Assembly: GCA_000442015.1 (NCBI GenBank)
Contig: KE560384.1
Coordinates: 1-64,000 of the forward strand
Origin: Rozella allomycis CSF55
Taxonomy: Eukaryota
Length of the DNA stretch: 64,000 bases
Reading direction: 5' to 3'
Position 1 is the first letter of the stretch, and every line of letters begins with the position of its first letter. Shown piece after piece: positions 62,064 through 64,000 of the stretch. Position numbers and translations under genes: made by a program. The notes beneath the pieces were generated by a model. That model was given only the letters and a program-made list of their open reading frames with translations. It did no database searches and was not told the DNA's origin.

Positions 62064-63350
62064 TCAAGTAATCTTTAACCAATTGAACTTTCCATTCAAT
62101 TCAGCAAGCCCGATCCTAGTCTCGTCCACCAGCTTTCTTTTAAGGGAATCAAAAGATATATTTTTAAATCTTTTGGGGTCTAAATGTCGTCTAATCGCGT
62201 CATTCAACATCCATCGTTGCAAATGCCCGCCCAAAATCAAATCCAAGCTTTCAAGGCTAGGAAATAATGACAAGAACTCAAAATCACATTCACTATCAAA
62301 CCCTGTTTCGACATATAAATGAGTAATGCTTTTAAACTTGCAATTAAGGTTAACAGGCCGAATTCCATTTTCAGCCTTTATCGATAGAAACTTTAGTCGC
62401 CCCAATTTTTTCAAATCAAGGAAAAAGTCATCGTCCACTTGAAACAATGAGATGTCAAGAGACTCGATAGAATCTGGTAAAGTATAATCCGCAAGTTTAA
62501 TGCCATTCAACGTTAATGATATTCCTTTCAAGGTGTCTTTCTTTAGCAATTTCAGTCTAGTTATAAAGGAATCATCAAAAAGTACGGAATCAAGGTCAAG
62601 ACTATCATCTTGGCAAAACTGGATAGACATAATCATATCAAAATTGTTATTTAAACTTTGTTTCTGAATGTTGGTGTTAAAACAAAAAGAGTTTAACTGG
62701 CAGTTCCTTTCTATGAATCTAAAAATGCAGTCATTTAAAGCTTCTTTGGAAACCTGTAGAGTATCGCAAGTGATAGATAATCTCAACAGATTCAATTTAG
62801 GGATTTTCAAGTCAAAAAAAGATTCAATCATTTCAAACTGGTGGTCAGTACCATCAAGCGTCATAGAACAATCAATATACTCTAGTTGCGTATATTTTGG
62901 CCATATCAATTGAATAAATAGAGAATATGAGCATGTATTGTAAGAAAGATGAATGATATTGGTTAATGAAGGATGCTCAAAAATACCACAAATCAATGGC
63001 CAAAAGTTGGCAGAAAGGTATTCGGATACTCTCAATTCTCTAATAGAAAGTTTCTTGTGTTTAATCAACCAATTTAAAGCTTTCTTGACTTCCTCTACTT
63101 TTGTAACATCAAAATCCGTCTCTGAGATTCGAAAACTCTTTACAAATTTGATATTCTTCCATAAACTTTCATTTAATTCTTTATGGATTCTAATTAATTT
63201 AGGGACTGTTAAAGGCGTTCTTTTCCACAAAACTTGCCTAATTACAAGTTCCAACTGCGAATTTAATAATGCGACTTTCTTCAATGAGGCAATATCGACG
63301 AATTTTGCTATATTTTCAATTATTTCCTCGATTAGAAACAACGTATGCAT
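62064..63350 (-). CDS. F-box/LRR-like protein
   Basis: EEIIENIAKFVDIASLKKVALLN F-box-like motif followed by degenerate LRRs. Confidence 0.65.
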   Translation of the reverse strand: MHTLFLIEEIIENIAKFVDIASLKKVALLNSQLELVIRQVLWKRTPLTVPKLIRIHKELNESLWKNIKFVKSFRISETDFDVTKVEEVKKALNWLIKHKKLSIRELRVSEYLSANFWPLICGIFEHPSLTNIIHLSYNTCSYSLFIQLIWPKYTQLEYIDCSMTLDGTDHQFEMIESFFDLKIPKLNLLRLSITCDTLQVSKEALNDCIFRFIERNCQLNSFCFNTNIQKQSLNNNFDMIMSIQFCQDDSLDLDSVLFDDSFITRLKLLKKDTLKGISLTLNGIKLADYTLPDSIESLDISLFQVDDDFFLDLKKLGRLKFLSIKAENGIRPVNLNCKFKSITHLYVETGFDSECDFEFLSLFPSLESLDLILGGHLQRWMLNDAIRRHLDPKRFKNISFDSLKRKLVDETRIGLAELNGKFNWLKIT

Positions 63351-63477
63351 ATATGAGAGCAATTAAGAAATGTCATCAGACCAGGGCACAACAAATAAAA
63401 CATGTATTGCTTTACGGATAGAGTTATCAATAAAATCAAAAACATGCAAACTTTATATAGTTAAATAAATGCATTTA

Positions 63478-64000
63478 TTAACATCCATGATCAATGGGTT
63501 CATCTTTTGATGCCTTTTTCCTATAAAATCTTGTTTCATTTGGATCAAAGCCTCTTTCGTTGCTTCCATACAATGCCCATGATGGAGTTTTAGTCATGTA
63601 ATCTAAAGAAGTGAAAGATGATTCAGAATTTGCAAATTCATGAAACTTTTCATAATCAATCCAAGTGTACCATTCGTTATCAATTTTGAACTTTTTGTGA
63701 GCAATGAGAATGGAGCATGAGTGTTCGTGTTCGCAAGACAATTCATAGTCTGGGAGGTGGCTAACAAACAACTTGCAAAACTCGACGACTTCTTTGTGGT
63801 AAGGGACATTACTCATTGTTAAGGGGTTTGACCCAGTGTAACCACAAAAAGTCACTCCCTTTATTTCGATAAAGTCTGGCTGTCCTCTTTTAACGAGTTC
63901 AATATAATTGTCCAGTTCATTTACATTAAAGTCTTTAACCAAAGTAAGACGATAAACAGTCCTTTGACCCTTTTTGGATAATTCACTCAAAGAAGCTAAA
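63478..64000 (-). CDS. TYW1: tRNA wybutosine synthesis radical-SAM protein Tyw1, C-terminal part
   Basis: RTVYRLTLVK, PDFIEIKGVTFCG, CEHEHSCS and GFDP motifs. Confidence 0.93.
   Translation of the reverse strand, partial: LASLSELSKKGQRTVYRLTLVKDFNVNELDNYIELVKRGQPDFIEIKGVTFCGYTGSNPLTMSNVPYHKEVVEFCKLFVSHLPDYELSCEHEHSCSILIAHKKFKIDNEWYTWIDYEKFHEFANSESSFTSLDYMTKTPSWALYGSNERGFDPNETRFYRKKASKDEPIDHGC

Noticed and set aside
1001-63809. Many antisense or alternative-frame ORFs in the track (e.g. 1001-1378, 35286-35699, 41307-41786, 62953-63366)
   Set aside because: They are shadows of real genes on the opposite strand, with no recognisable motifs.
1-64000. CRISPR arrays, operons or prokaryotic defence systems
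   Set aside because: The sequence is eukaryotic and I saw no regularly spaced repeat-spacer array.

Overview
AT-rich, very gene-dense eukaryotic DNA with about 40 genes. Nearly all are split by ultra-short spliceosomal introns (26-32 nt where I could resolve them), so the ORF track shows fragments. Fungal-type genes (Ste12 with C2H2 fingers, Rtt109, isocitrate lyase) sit alongside genes lost from yeasts (ARL8, BTG/Tob, ZCCHC17, TTLL9, MMAB, guanylate cyclase). This suggests an early-diverging zoosporic fungus such as a Rozella-like cryptomycotan (inference only). Positions 1-4.7 kb hold an L1/Tx1-like LINE and a gap-riddled repeat mosaic; the rest is housekeeping genes plus one tRNA-Ser(GCT). 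The strongest unusual signals concern splicing. (1) At four sites, two complete mini-introns sit back to back with a zero-length exon (AG|GT..AG|GT..AG|GT): three in a PAS-guanylate cyclase gene and one in PRP39. (2) Three conserved genes (SEC8, a TBC gene, TTLL9) have normal-length GT introns that restore the protein only if the 3' splice site is TG or CG rather than AG. Together these suggest a length-measuring spliceosome with recursive splicing and relaxed acceptors. Also notable: a FixL-type heme-PAS guanylate cyclase and several apparent pseudo-enzymes. All gene models were spliced by eye and alignments to known families are from memory, so boundaries, especially starts, are approximate.
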